Assembly (NCBI RefSeq): GCF_018350175.1
Contig: NC_058368.1
Span: 92,444,001-92,508,000, forward strand
DNA: 64,000 bases
Source: Felis catus
Taxonomy: Eukaryota
Direction: 5' to 3'
Below the pieces are notes generated by a model. The model ran no database searches and was not told the origin of the DNA. It saw only the letters and a program-made list of their open reading frames with translations. This document shows positions 25,784 to 37,700 of this stretch, one piece after another. The translations under genes and the position numbers were made by a program. The first letter of the stretch is position 1. Each line of letters opens with the position of its first letter.

Positions 25784-25935
25784 AGGGTTTCCCAGCCTTG
25801 ACATTTGGGGCCGTATAATTCTCTGTTTGGTGGGTGAAACTGTCGTGTGCACCGTAGGATACTTAGCAACATCCTTGAGAAGGACCTGCTAGGAGCATCT
25901 ATGTCATTGTGACAAACAAAAATGTCTCCAGCCAC
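25784..25935 (-). mobile_element. MER20 (hAT-Charlie) fragment
   Basis: CAGGGTTTC...TTGACATTTGGGGCCGTATAATTCT...TGTGACAAACAAAAATGTCTCCAG matches the recalled MER20 reverse strand. Confidence 0.85.
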
Positions 25936-28214
25936 CGCTGTTTTAGATCCTCAGCCAGGTTATCCCCAGGCCCACCCCTCTTCCTCCTGTGTCTTGACTC
26001 TTTAAGCTGTCACTTAACATTAGTGAACATCCAGGACTTTGTCAACTTTTTTCATCAATCCCTTCTCTTATATCCAGTAAACCTGGGCATTGGTGCAATG
26101 TGTCTGCGCTCGAAGTCATTCCAGCTGCTCTCTATTTAGTTTATTTTGTAGGTTCAAGGCCCTGAATTTTCTCCGATTATCAGCAAGGAGAATTTAGAAA
26201 AAAAAAAATTGCTTCCAAAGGTGTTAAGTGTTATCTCTGGTAAACATGAGGTGAGAGTGAAGAGAAGGAGGTGGGGGAAGCATCTTTTTTATCTTATCAA
26301 ATAGAGCTAACATTTGGTCGTAAATTCCTTAGGGTGAATGGAACCAAATTTTTATTTTTATAGACTTCACTTCTATCAGATGAAAGAAAGAGAAAGCAAC
26401 TTGAAAGATGAACTTCAAGGTTCTAGAATATTTTGATAAAGCCAACCTTAGCTTCCTAATTTTATAACAACAAAATTCATCCCTGAATGTGTTTAGAAAT
26501 TGATGGTATTCAACTGATGACCTTAAATGTGTGATATGAGGATATTCTAAAATGACAAAATGGGAAAACCTGATTCCGATGAAATGTGATTTGGGGACTT
26601 AGTAGCTGGGTAACCTTGGACTTTCATTTTTCAATTTAGGGATAAAAAGTTACTCATTAGGTATGCATATACATAATACCTTCGGTTTGGATAACCATCC
26701 TTTAGAGGCTCTTAGTAGAGGTCATATATGTAACATTTCCTAACTAATGAATATGTAATAATATGGAGAGAAATTTACTTTCTGTGTATGTCAGGAGCAG
26801 GACTTCAAGGATTTAGTGTCTAATTGACTTCACCGGAGTCAAACATTGGCAGTATCATAGACAGAAGTCTTATTGGATTGACTCAATAAAATCAAACTTT
26901 AGTTTTTCAATTAATTTTTTAAGCTCAATTATCTTAATAAGTATGTACATTTAACTGATCAGCAATCTAGGTGAGAGATTTAAAGTTTTTCTAGTTCCAA
27001 CCTTGATAACCAAGTTCAAATAATGCCACTAGGCAGTTCTGACTTGGAAGGAGCTTTATCGCTCTTCCTGAGGTACTCTTACTTCATTCAAAGATTTAGT
27101 TTTTCTTTTCTCAACAGGATACTTATGTTTGTTACTATGGAAAATGAGATACCTCTTAGTTTCCTCCAGGCCAAGTCTTTGTGTTTCTAGTTATCTTATT
27201 GGGGAATTTGGTTTTCCAACATGGCGGCATGAGTTTGTGAAGTCAATGAAATCAAATGGGAACCTGACCTGTTGGTGGCTTGGCAATTGTAGGCCATTAA
27301 GAAATTCCCCCCCACCTGGCACTGTATGGCCTTTGGGTATCTGACGCTTACCCTAAGCATTCCATACTCTATCTATTCTATTCCCTCTCAACTCTCTTGG
27401 CTTCCCAACCATGGCTAGTTTTATCAGTGCATTCATGGTTATTCCAGTACCTTATTTCCTTGACAAATGCTCCAGTCTGTCTCAGCTGTCACTTGACTCT
27501 CCTTCTACCACACTCTTACCACCTCCCCCAGTTTCCCTCCCTCTTCTCCCTCAGCTCTGATGGTATCTTTCACCCCATGGCCTATTCTGGTGATTGTGCA
27601 AAAGGGGCAGGAATTCTCACTTAGCACAGTGGCCAACTTAGCCATTCATTATGAAATACTCACAAGTTCTTAGCATGTTTCATGCACTGTGGGTGATTTA
27701 GTGGCTCGTCCTGGAGCCTATGCGTAGTGGGGAAAACAGAAATCAAACAGGCATGCAAGTAACATATATAATGACAAAGTATGTGGGTGGAGGAAGACAT
27801 TACTACAAAAAGAATAGCACAGATAATGGCCCTGAGGTGGGACTCAGGATAAGGAGAGAGGCCAACTTAGTTGTGCTGTAGTGAGCAGGGGAGGGCGAGT
27901 CATATTCCACTGTAGACTGTCCCCCTTACTCATTTCACCTGGCTGTCAGTCAAGTAAACTCAGAATCAACAAAGCAAAGAGATTCTGAAGGATGGACAGG
28001 TACTCTGGGAGATGGGGCATCTTTGGGGAGCTCTCACTATGGCTCTGTCAGGGCTCTGCTTTTATGTGAGGCTTAACACAATCTTGGTCAAATGTCCTAA
28101 ATGGTATTCCTGTCTGCTTTGTACCTCACATTCTGAATCCCATTTCTCTGTGAATCCATTTCTCTCTCTCCTCTCTACCCCCTCTCTGTCCCTCCCTTCC
28201 TTCTTTCTTCAAGT

Positions 28215-28402
28215 GATAATACCTTAAAACTTCCCAAAATTTATAACAGAAAACAAACTACAAATTCAGCAAGCTCAGAGAATGAGAAGCAGGATAAATA
28301 ATTAAAAAAAAAATCGATGCATAAACATACCGTATTCAAGCTGCAGAAAGCCAAAGCCAAAGAAAGAATATTGAATGAAGCCAGAGTGGGGGAAACTTTA
28401 CC
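28215..28402 (+). mobile_element. Ancient L1M ORF1-region fragment (apparently resumes at about 29570-29720)
   Basis: AAAACTTCCCAAAATTT...AAGCTCAGAGAA...AAAGAAAGAATATTGAATGAAGCCAGAG. Confidence 0.6.
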
Positions 28403-28438
28403 TGTTGTAATATTGTGATTTATAATAAGAAATATATT

Positions 28439-28608
28439 GGGGACACCTGGATGGCTCAGTCAGTTAAGCTGAGGCTCAGGTCATGACTTTGGCTCAGGTC
28501 ATAATCTCATGATTCATGGGTTCAAGCCATGCATTAGGCTCTGTGCTGACAGCTCAGAGCCTGGAGCCTGCTTTGGATTCTAAAAAATAAACAAAACAAA
28601 TAAACAAC
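28439..28608 (+). mobile_element. CanSINE lacking the CT segment
   Basis: 20-bp direct repeat TTTATAATAAGAAATATATT on both sides. Confidence 0.9.
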
Positions 28609-28628
28609 TTTATAATAAGAAATATATT

Positions 28629-29043
28629 AGGGCGCCTGGGTGGCTCAGTCTGTTAAGTGTGTGACTTTTTTTTTTTTTACTGTTTATTTTAGAGAAAGAG
28701 AGAGAGAGACAGAGTGCAGGCAGAGGAGGGTCAGAGAGAGAGGAAGACACAGAATCCAAAGCAGGCTCCATGCTCTGAGCTGTCAGCACAGAGGCCAATG
28801 TGGGGCTCGAGCCCACGGACTGTAAGATCATGACCTGTGCTGAAGTCAGTTGCTCAACCAACTGAGCCACCCAGGCATCTGACTCTTGATATTGGGTCAG
28901 GTTATGATCTCATGGTTTGTGAGATCAAGCCCCATGTTGGGCTCTGTGCTGACAGCATGGAGCCTGCTTAGGATTCTGTCCCTCTCTCTCTCTGTACCTC
29001 CCCTGCACACTCTCTTTCAAAATAAATAAACTTAAAAAAAAAA
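28629..29043 (+). mobile_element. CanSINE containing a nested minus-strand SINE (about 28666-28877)
   Basis: Head broken at TGACT and resuming at TGACTCTTGAT; TSD AAGAAATATAT. Confidence 0.9.
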
Positions 29044-30177
29044 AAGAAATATATATTTGGTCTTCACCCCATATAGAGAGGAGTCTTTTGCTATGTTAAT
29101 TAGGTGACTTTTGGACCCCAAATGAGGGGGGAGGCTGGTTGCTGGGGAAACCAACCACGGGACTAGGAACAGGGCTGGATTTCCAATCAGTCACCAGTGG
29201 CCGATGATTTTAAGCAACAATGCCAATTGAAGCCTCCATAGAAACCCAAAAGGGTGTGGTTTGGAGAGTTCCAGATGGGGAGCTTCCAGAACTCCGGAAA
29301 CTCATTTACTCACTAGAGTACCCATTTAGTACAAATGATATTAGATGCTATCAATAGCCACATAAAGAGATACATAGGGCAAGGTCCCGACCAAAGGAGC
29401 TTCTGCCCCCTTGGAATTTAGGGCCCATAACGTGGCATGTGGAATGTGTTTTGGTTCATCCACCAGAAGTGTAGAAGATAGTCTAATAGATAACTGCTCA
29501 AGGTAATTATAGCATAATGTATTAGTTGAATATAGGATATGGGTAAGTGGAAGGATGGAGACCATGTTGCAAGGGATGGGAAGGAGGATTGTGAATGCTC
29601 TCTTATGAGATACCCTCCATGAGGTGCCGTTTGAGAGTGGACTTTGATTAGTTGAACATGTATACTGCAAACTCTAGGGAAACCACTAACAAAAATTTTT
29701 TAAAAAGCTACAGAAGTTGATATAATTCAAACATTTATTTTATCCGCTGCTCATACATGAGAAATACCTTTAAATTTAAGTGTGAGCTCTTTGTAAGAGT
29801 GAACCCTTGTCGGGTAGTGGAAAGTGACGTACCTGGCTTTGGGGAATGTGGGCTCCTGTTTGGTCTCCATTTTATGTTTCAAGGATTAGGATGTAAAGAG
29901 GAAATGGAAGACGGTACATTTCTCTCTGTGTGCTCTGATGTTGTCACTTTCACCTTTCTGAGCCCTGATTCCTCGCTTGCCAGTGCACTACCTGCAGAGG
30001 TAGCCCAACGATGCTGTTGTCAGCTTACATGAAACAACAGATATTTAAGCTTTTGAGGAATCCTAGGACTTCCCTCAATTCTTTTTTCTGTTTTATACTC
30101 AGTTTTTAAAAAGAAAAATACTTTTCGGGCAAAGGGAAGTTCTCAACAAATAATCACCAAGCTGTCTATCTATTATG

Positions 30178-30190
30178 GTTGCTAAGCAAC
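30178..30190. promoter_or_regulatory. Candidate RFX X-box
   Basis: GTTGCTAAGCAAC, a near-palindromic X-box match in unique sequence. Confidence 0.4.
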
Positions 30191-30413
30191 TGTTAGTTAT
30201 TTCCTTCCATGCCGAACATGGAAGCCATATTCATGAAAGAAATGCACTGTTTTGTCTGGAAAGTTTTTGCCACCTGTTCCCCCCCTCAGCTTAAACTATA
30301 AATGCTAAGGGTCCTGGGGTCTAACAGTCTAGTTGTTGGCTTTGCTGCAGAAGTTTTGTTCCTCATTTCCTAATGAAATATGTGATGAGTTCAAATGGGG
30401 TTGAAAATCTCTT

Positions 30414-30615
30414 GGGGGACCTGGGGGGCTCAGTCGGGTAAGCGTCCAACTTCGGCTCAGGTCATGATCTCGTGGTTCATGAGTTCAAGCCCCATGTCTC
30501 AGGGCTCTGAGGATCCTGCCTCAGATTCTGTGTATCCCTTTCTCTCTGCCCCTCCCCCACTCATACTCTGTCTCTCTCTCTCTCTCTCTCAAAAATAAGT
30601 AAAACATTTAAAAAA
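30414..30615 (+). mobile_element. CanSINE with an internal deletion
   Basis: Head, CT region and tail; the middle segment is shortened. Confidence 0.9.
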
Positions 30616-31821
30616 TTTTTTTAAGTATCCAGTGAGTTTTCAAGGATAAATTCTTTACTTGTCAAAATGAATCAGGAATAACTACTCCCATTTGGTTTTG
30701 TTTGGTTTGTTTCAACTGTTAATGGAAAGAAAATCTTTCAGAAAGGCATATTAGTCATCAAGACACTCTACTCCCACTTTATTAGATACATACCTTGTTT
30801 CTTGAGTATGATGGTGACATCACAGAGAGCGGAAGTTTGCCTTTCCAAGTGCTGGCTACCAGCCAGATGGGGCCACGCACAAGTTCACAGGCTCTGCACC
30901 TAGGAGGTAGTGCACTGAAGGATTGAAGGAGGAGGACACGATCAAGTAGGTAGGTCAAACTTTTTGCATATTTAGGGAGCTCTAAAGTCAGAGCTCACAG
31001 GCTTGCAGCCCCTAAGTCTCACTTCCATGTTCCCAGTGAAGGAAATGGGGTGGAGAGTGACCCTGAGCAGGGCAGAGCTACTCTGCTATTCCCCTCAGAT
31101 GTGGGCATGCAGACAGCTGCCCAAGGAGCAGGGTCTAGACATGCTTGGAGATGCCAGCTGCTGTGGGTCATGATCTCCACGAGGGAGGTGATATCGTCCA
31201 AAGGATATGTAAATATACAACAGTCCATTGCAAAGCCATGGGGTCTTAAGGGACCCTGAGGCGAGGAGCATGAAGAACTGGGGAAGGTCCAAAGTCAGTC
31301 TCAGGAAACAGCTCAGATCAGAATAACTGTGGAGACAGAAAATACAGGGAGAACAGAGGGTGCCTTTTAAGTACGTCGTGTTTTGTAATTTCGAAGTTAC
31401 CGGGTTTCAAAACAGCTGCTTATGTCTTATTAGCTAAGCAGACACCTCATTTTGTAAATGCTGGAGTGACTTAATTAAGCCAATGGATTTTAATGTTTGA
31501 TGAAGGAAGAGGCTGAAGTTACGGGCATCGATTGTAGGGAAAATGAAAAGCTATAGTCAGGGACCTGGGAAGTAATTACCAGTCCTGTCCAGGATATTCC
31601 CTGAAATCAATGGGTGGAAGCGTGGTGTTCGTGAGATGTATTCAATTCTGTTAACAGGGAAAATCTCCCTCATCATAAACGCAGACCTGAGTCCCTAGCA
31701 TGAAATAATAACTAAAGCTTTGGCCAAGAGCTGCCGTGACTGCAGAGGTCACGCAATCCCGGGAGACTCCCACAGTGATCCTAAATTTTAGGATACTGAT
31801 AAGATAATCCCTACAGGTTTT

Positions 31822-32046
31822 ATTTTTTTTTTTAATTTTTTTTTTCAACGTTTATTTATTTTTGGGACAGAGAGAGACAGAGCATGAACGGGGGAGGGGC
31901 AGAGAGAGAGGGAGACACAGAATCGGAAACAGGCTCCAGGCTCTGAGCCATCAGCCCAGAGCCCGACGCGGGGCTCGAACTCACAGACCGCGAGATCGTG
32001 ACCTGGCTGAAGTCGGACGCTTAACCGACTGCGCCACCCAGGCGCT
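31822..32046 (-). mobile_element. Very young SINEC_Fc
   Basis: Near-consensus body with CpGs intact, TSD CCCTACAGGTTTT. Confidence 0.96.
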
Positions 32047-32059
32047 CCCCTACAGGTTT

Positions 32060-32113
32060 TTTTTTTTTAATGTTTATTCATTTCTGAGAAAGAGAGAGCA
32101 TAAGTGGGGGAGG

Positions 32114-32155
<42 letters not shown>

Positions 32156-32274
32156 CCCAAACAGGCCCTGCACTGTCAGTGCAGAGCCCGACGTGAGGCT
32201 CAAACTCACAAACCATGAGATCATGACCTGAGCTGAAGTCAGACACTCAACCAACTGAACCACCCAGGCGCCCC
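32060..32274 (-). mobile_element. CanSINE with a long (GA)n
   Basis: Older SINE at the same site, outer TSD CCC(t/c)ACAG. Confidence 0.92.
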
Positions 32275-32375
32275 TCCCCACAGTTTTTAAAGCAGCCTCC
32301 CATACGATTGCAGAAGTATTCGGACACAGGACATCATCAGACTCATGACATAGTACTGTTTATTGACAATACTTT

Positions 32376-32572
32376 ATTTTGTAATTTTTAAAAAATATTT
32401 ATTTATTTATTTTAGAGGGGGGAGAAGGGCAGAGAGAGAGGGAGAGAGAAAGAATCCCAAGCAGACTCTGTGCTGTCAGCCCAGAGCCCGATGTGGGGCT
32501 TGAACTCATAAACCGCGATACCATGACCTGAGCTGAGATCAAGAGTGAGCCAAGTGAGCCACCCAGGGGCCC
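32376..32572 (-). mobile_element. CanSINE
   Basis: TSD TGACAATACTTTA. Confidence 0.9.
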
Positions 32573-32596
32573 TGACAATACTTTAAATCCTGAAGT

Positions 32597-32822
32597 TGGG
32601 GCGCCTGGGTGGTTCAGTCAGTTAAGTGTCTGACTTTGGCTCAGGTCATGATCTCATGGTTTGTGAGTTCAAGCCCTGCGTTGGGCTCTGTGCTGATAGC
32701 TCAGAGCCTGGAGCCTGCTTTGGATTCTGTGTCTCCCTCCCCCTCTCTCTGCCCCTCCCCCACTCACACTCTGTCTGTCTCTGTCTGTCAAAAATAAACA
32801 AACATTAAGAGAAATTTTTAAA
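32597..32822 (+). mobile_element. CanSINE
   Basis: Full body, about 25 bp from the oppositely oriented SINE. Confidence 0.92.
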
Positions 32823-33399
32823 AATCCCAAGATGCATGGGCATCCATCCCCTGGGCATAGTCCCTCAGTAAGACTCAATGATGAGATTCTCTTCTGGAGG
32901 CAAAGAGAAATTCAGGGTCAGCTGATCTGCTCAGTCTTCGGTTCCCTATTTACATGGTAACACTTGGAATAGGAAACAGAGACAAAGCGGCCATGCTGGG
33001 CCACTGGTGCTCCTCCTTCTCCTCGTGGTTCCCTCTTTGCTATGCCCTGGTTCCGGTGGGCGGGAGGAGGTAGCTGGCCCGCTGGCTCCTCTGGGTTTCC
33101 ACTCAAGCATGCTCCCTTAACCTGGAGATCACAATCCATTTGGAAATTCAAAGTAGTGCAGAAACCTTCCTTAAACCTCTTCTGCTTTCCTTTCACTGGG
33201 ACACAAATGACCACCTGTTGTCAAGCTTGGCTGGTGCTTTGCTCTGTCTTCTTCATATTATCCCTTCTGGCTTTCCTCTCTTATTTTAATCTCCAGTCCT
33301 CTCTCTCTTATCCTGTTGGTCGGTCAGCTTTTCCCTTCTTTCGTCTGGATGAATCTACTTTGTGTCTGGATGCAGATGTTGTACAATGTGTATTTTAAG

Positions 33400-33416
33400 C
33401 CCCCCCCCCCCCCCCC
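33400..33416. repeat. C17 homopolymer
   Basis: Counted directly. Confidence 0.95.
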
Positions 33417-33648
33417 AGATCCTAGAAAAGTCAATTATCTATTTATATTTGGTTCTCTGTTTATAGCCAGGACCAATATGCTGCCTCATAATTGTTTTTG
33501 AGAAAATGATATATTAGTAGCTTGGTGGTATGTTTTTCCATTCCGTCAATTCAATCTTCTGATGAAGGTTTGGATTTATTTTTCCTGACCTGTTATCTAC
33601 AGATTTAATTACAAGTGAATCCTGTATCATTTTCTGCGGTCTTTTGCT

Positions 33649-33663
33649 GGGGGGGGGGGGGGG
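33649..33663. repeat. G15 homopolymer
   Basis: Counted directly. Confidence 0.95.
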
Positions 33664-33943
33664 AGTCACTTGCCATGTGCAGCAGTAAAACCACAGGGGA
33701 ATTTTTTCTCTGCTTTGATCAGCAGCAAGGTTAGGAAAGGAAGCCACATACGTCCCCCATCTCCAGCAAAAGGGAGAGGGAAATTTTGCCAGACCAAGCT
33801 TTAACTCAACAGGGGTACAAGTACTTGTTCGTTAGAAAGAGGGTTTTTCGGGAGTGTTTTAAAAGTGATTTTCTCCCTCATATAAAGTAAGGCAATGTAT
33901 GTGCACACGGGAGCCTGGCATCTTTTTTCTTGGGCTTAAAAAG

Positions 33944-34153
33944 TTTTTTTTTAATGTTTATTTATTTTTGAGAGAGAGAAAGACAGAGCATGAATGGGGG
34001 AGGGGCAGAGAGAGAGGGAGACCACAGAATATGAAGCAGGCTCCAGGCTCTGAGCTGTCAGCACAGAGCCCCACGCAGGGCTCGAACTCTTGAACCGTGA
34101 GATCATGACCTGAGCCGAAGTCGGACACTTAACCAACTGAGCCACCCAGGCGC
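33944..34153 (-). mobile_element. CanSINE
   Basis: Full body, carrying the CTGTGGTCTCCC variant. Confidence 0.93.
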
Positions 34154-35242
34154 GGGCAAGAAGTTTCCTTAACAGGAATTTCACATCTGTTGCTCCATCT
34201 ATTCTGGACTTGTATTTTCATTATACTTCCTGCAGGGAATTTTATCCCAGTGTAGTATATTTTAGGCTTGGAATTCTTTTACTGATCATTCTACCACATG
34301 TCTGTGCAAGAAAATACTTATATAAATTGAAAGTAAATTGTTCTTCCTAAATTTGACTTTACTATGATATTCTTTGTGAATGATTTCTGGGGAAAAAAAA
34401 ATTTCTTTCAGATTGATTTAACCACAAACTTGATTATTTCTGCACAATTAATCAAAATAAAATAAATAAAAATATTGATATGTGACTTGTAAACACAAAA
34501 GATAATATTTTTGAAGACACTTTTCTCTTAATAAAACCAATAGGACTTGTTGTCCAGTTTGTGTATGAATATCGATAAATATTACTTATTGCTGGAATAA
34601 AAATAGGGCTGAACATCACTTTTATTTATATTTTTCTTTTCTAGATACGAGGACCAAAGCCCTGTTCCCATACCCATATCCCATAAGTATATAGAAGGAG
34701 CTGTGTTATGTGTATAGCAATGAATTTTTGAATTCCTTCCAAATTGTGCATCCAAATCACATAGTTATAGGTCATCAAAAATTAATCTTAATGTATAAAT
34801 TATAAGTATATAATATATAAAGTTTTAATGTACCAGCTGATAACTTGATTAGGTGCCACTTCAATTTTGTTGAAATTGAGGAACGGAAAACTATCCGATT
34901 TCCTTCCAGGTGGATTTATTACCTGCTCACTAGACCTATCCTCCCTCCCAAGTTCAGGAATGCATATCAAAAAAAACTTTATCAACACTTACCAATGATT
35001 GTTAATTGTACCCATGATTCTTTACTTTTTGGGACCTTGTTGAATGTATCCCCAGAAAGCGTTGGAAAACAGAAATATTATTGATTTAAGAACACTTCTG
35101 TCGGTTTAATACTTTTAAAAGTGCCCAGAGGCAGTAAGGCTCTGGGATCTGCAGTCTTCCATACAGTGTCCTCCTGGCCTTGATCTCTAGGGATTCCCTC
35201 TCAGGGAGGACAGAATTGTGAGGCATGGAAGAGGTCATGTCC

Positions 35243-35454
35243 GGGGCGCCTGGTTGGCTCAGTCACTGGAGCATCTGACCAGCTCAGGTCATGATCTCAC
35301 CGTTCGTGAGTTCGAGCCCGCATCGGGCTCTGTGCTGACAGCTCAGAGCCTGGAGCCTGCTTCAGATTCTGTGGTCTCCCTCTCTCTCTGCCCCTCCCCC
35401 ATTCATGTTCTGTCTTTCTCTCTCTCAAAAATAAATAAACAACAACAAAAAAAA
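35243..35454 (+). mobile_element. CanSINE
   Basis: Perfect TSD GAAGAGGTCATGTCC; carries the CTGTGGTCTCCC variant. Confidence 0.95.
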
Positions 35455-35485
35455 GAAGAGGTCATGTCCTTGGGCATCCTGGACC

Positions 35486-35669
35486 TTTTTATTTTATTTA
35501 TTATTATTTGGGGGGGTAGGGGCAGAAGGAGAGGGAGAGAGAGAATCTTAAGCAGGGTCTATGCCCAGCACAGAGCCTGATGTGGGACTTGATCCCATAA
35601 TGGTGAGATCATGACCTGGGCTGAAATCAAGAGTTGGATGCTTAACTAACTGAGCCTATCAGGTGCCCC
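35486..35669 (-). mobile_element. CanSINE
   Basis: Head and T-tail. Confidence 0.88.
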
Positions 35670-35871
35670 TCCTAGAGTTTTTTAAACCCTGAAGTGATGC
35701 ACCCTAGTAGAATTGGGGGTGAGAGATACTCTTTCCAATTGTAAAGGGTAAAGGGTGACTGGGAAGGAGGAAGAGGGTCGAAAGGAGAGAATCAGCATGA
35801 TGTCTCCAATCGAGACACATTCTTAGCTGCTCCATTTTTTAAAATTGAGATATAATTAATATAGAACATTT

Positions 35872-36069
35872 TATTTTATTAAAAAATTTTTTTTAAGTTT
35901 ATTTGGAGGGGGGAGGGACAGAGACAGGGAGAGAGAGAGAGAATCCCAAACAGGTTCTGCACTGTCAGCATGGAGCCAGCCTCAGGGCTTGAACTCACAA
36001 ACTGTGAGATCATGACCTCAACGAAAACCAAGAGTTGGATGCTTAACCGACTGAGCTACCCAGGTGCCT
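35872..36069 (-). mobile_element. CanSINE inserted in a short L1 3' tail (about 35835-36130)
   Basis: TSD TAGAACATTTT; the flanks read TTGAGATATAATT...GGTGTACAACATGAGGATTC. Confidence 0.88.
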
Positions 36070-37159
36070 TAGAACATTTTATTAGTTGCTGGTGTACAAC
36101 ATGAGGATTCAGTATTTGTATATATTGCAGTCAGCTGATCCATTTATGAAACAAGAGGTAAGAATTGAGTCTGGATGGATTTCCCTGAAAACCCACCATG
36201 CTGGTCGCTCGTTTTTCCCTTGGAAAAACTTAGTAGTCCTCCAAATGTACGTGTTTTCAAGTTTGCAGGCCACTGCTGTAGGGCAAGCCACCAATATCCT
36301 TAATATCCTTATTTGTTATATGTTTTCCTCAAGGTAAATACGTAATTATCATTCATAGAAAGTTTTGTGACTTTTGGCACACTTTCCTCAGGAATGATGA
36401 ATAACGCTTACAGAATTCACCTTCACTTGTCTTATGAGAAGGAAAAATGGTCATATTCCTGGCACGAGAGGAATTTCCACTTCTGTGGAATTTACCCGGA
36501 AAATGCCTCCATAATATCTAAAGCTGGCCCCTGGATAAATGACCACAGTAACAGACATGAAATCTCCAAACCCTCCTTTCCAACAGTTCACCGGACCCTC
36601 AGGTCCATTAGTGCTGATGATCCTGCCTAGGGAATGATAACAAAGTACAGTGCCTGAGCCAGACCTTGGCAGGAGCCTGCCTGAGCTCCTCATGGCACAC
36701 GAAGTTTCTCCCTTGGCAATTACCCTTTGCTGGTCGACATTTCGGGAGACATAAAATCCCAGCAACCCTGAGTGACTCTTAATGTCTCCAGACAATCTGG
36801 GAGCCAAGCTTATTTTTACACACTCCTGACTCTGTGATTGCCCAAACCTGTTCATTTTGGGTTAGAGCCACAGACCCTTTTTGAGTGAACATTTGAAAAG
36901 AGGAAAGCAGAACTGCTTTATTGTAACTATGGAAATGGGCCTGGAGTCCTGCCCATGTGTCTATCCCTACGTTCTGGACAACTCGGTTTATAAAGCAGTG
37001 TCTCAGGTGGCTTCTCATGGGCCAGTCTTACTTGCCTCCAACACCTTTGTTACAGAGCAAGCATGGTTGTTATTATGTGGATGCTTATTGAAATCACCTG
37101 CAAGCTTTAAAAGATACTGACGCTTGAGACTTGTTCCCCCACTACCAAGAGCTTCTGTT

Positions 37160-37189
37160 GTTTTTTTTAAAAAATGTTTATGTACTTTT

Positions 37190-37221
<32 letters not shown>

Positions 37222-37360
37222 ACATGAGTGGGGGAGGTGCAGAGAGAGAGGGGGACAGAGGATCTGAAGTTCTGTGCTGACAGCAGATCATGTGATCTCA
37301 TGTGAGATCATGATCTGAGCCGAAGTCAGATGCTCAACAGACTGAGCCACCCAGGTGCCC
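37160..37360 (-). mobile_element. Internally deleted CanSINE within a MER5-like relic
   Basis: TSD GCTTCTGTT, (GA)n tract. Confidence 0.85.
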
Positions 37361-37498
37361 TGGGCTTCTGTTTAAGAGCTCTTGGATCTCCTGGCCTAAG
37401 TGATTATATAATATGCAGCCAAAGTTGAAAATCATTGCACCAAAGAGTTTTTTTTTTAATGTAAATTTGATTATGTCACATTCACTCTTGATATCTTA

Positions 37499-37677
37499 GT
37501 TTTTTTTTTTTTAATGTTTATTTTATTTTGAGAGAGAAAGTGGGAGAGAGAGGATTCTAACCGGGCTCTGAGCTGTCAGTGCAGAGCCTGACTCGGGGCT
37601 CGATCTCATAGTGAGATCATGACCTGAACTGAAATCGAGAGTCAGTCGCTTAACTGACAGAGCCACCCAGGCACCCC
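37499..37677 (-). mobile_element. CanSINE
   Basis: Imperfect TSD ACTCT..TATCTTA. Confidence 0.88.
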
Positions 37678-37700
37678 ACTCTGAGTATCTTAAAGCTTCT

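Larger units (their letters stand above)
28403..29469 (+). mobile_element. MER21-like LTR interrupted by three SINEs, with its distal part inverted
   Basis: ATATTGTGATTTATAATAAGAAATATAT..TTTGGTC start, GGCTGGTTGC..AACCAACCA, GAAGCCTCCATA. Confidence 0.7.

Noticed and set aside
32878..32926. ATGATGA...CTGA, resembling a box C/D snoRNA
   Set aside because: Too short and lacks a convincing terminal stem.
34620..34720. Strong-looking splice acceptors (TTTTTCTTTTCTAG at 34644; similar near 17271, 27117, 54362 and 58505)
   Set aside because: No matching donor or recognisable coding frame. Such tracts are common by chance, though non-coding exons cannot be excluded.
36367..36855. 87-aa (+) and 134-aa (-) ORFs in unique sequence
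   Set aside because: No recognisable protein similarity and no convincing splice-site pair. Cannot be supported without a search.
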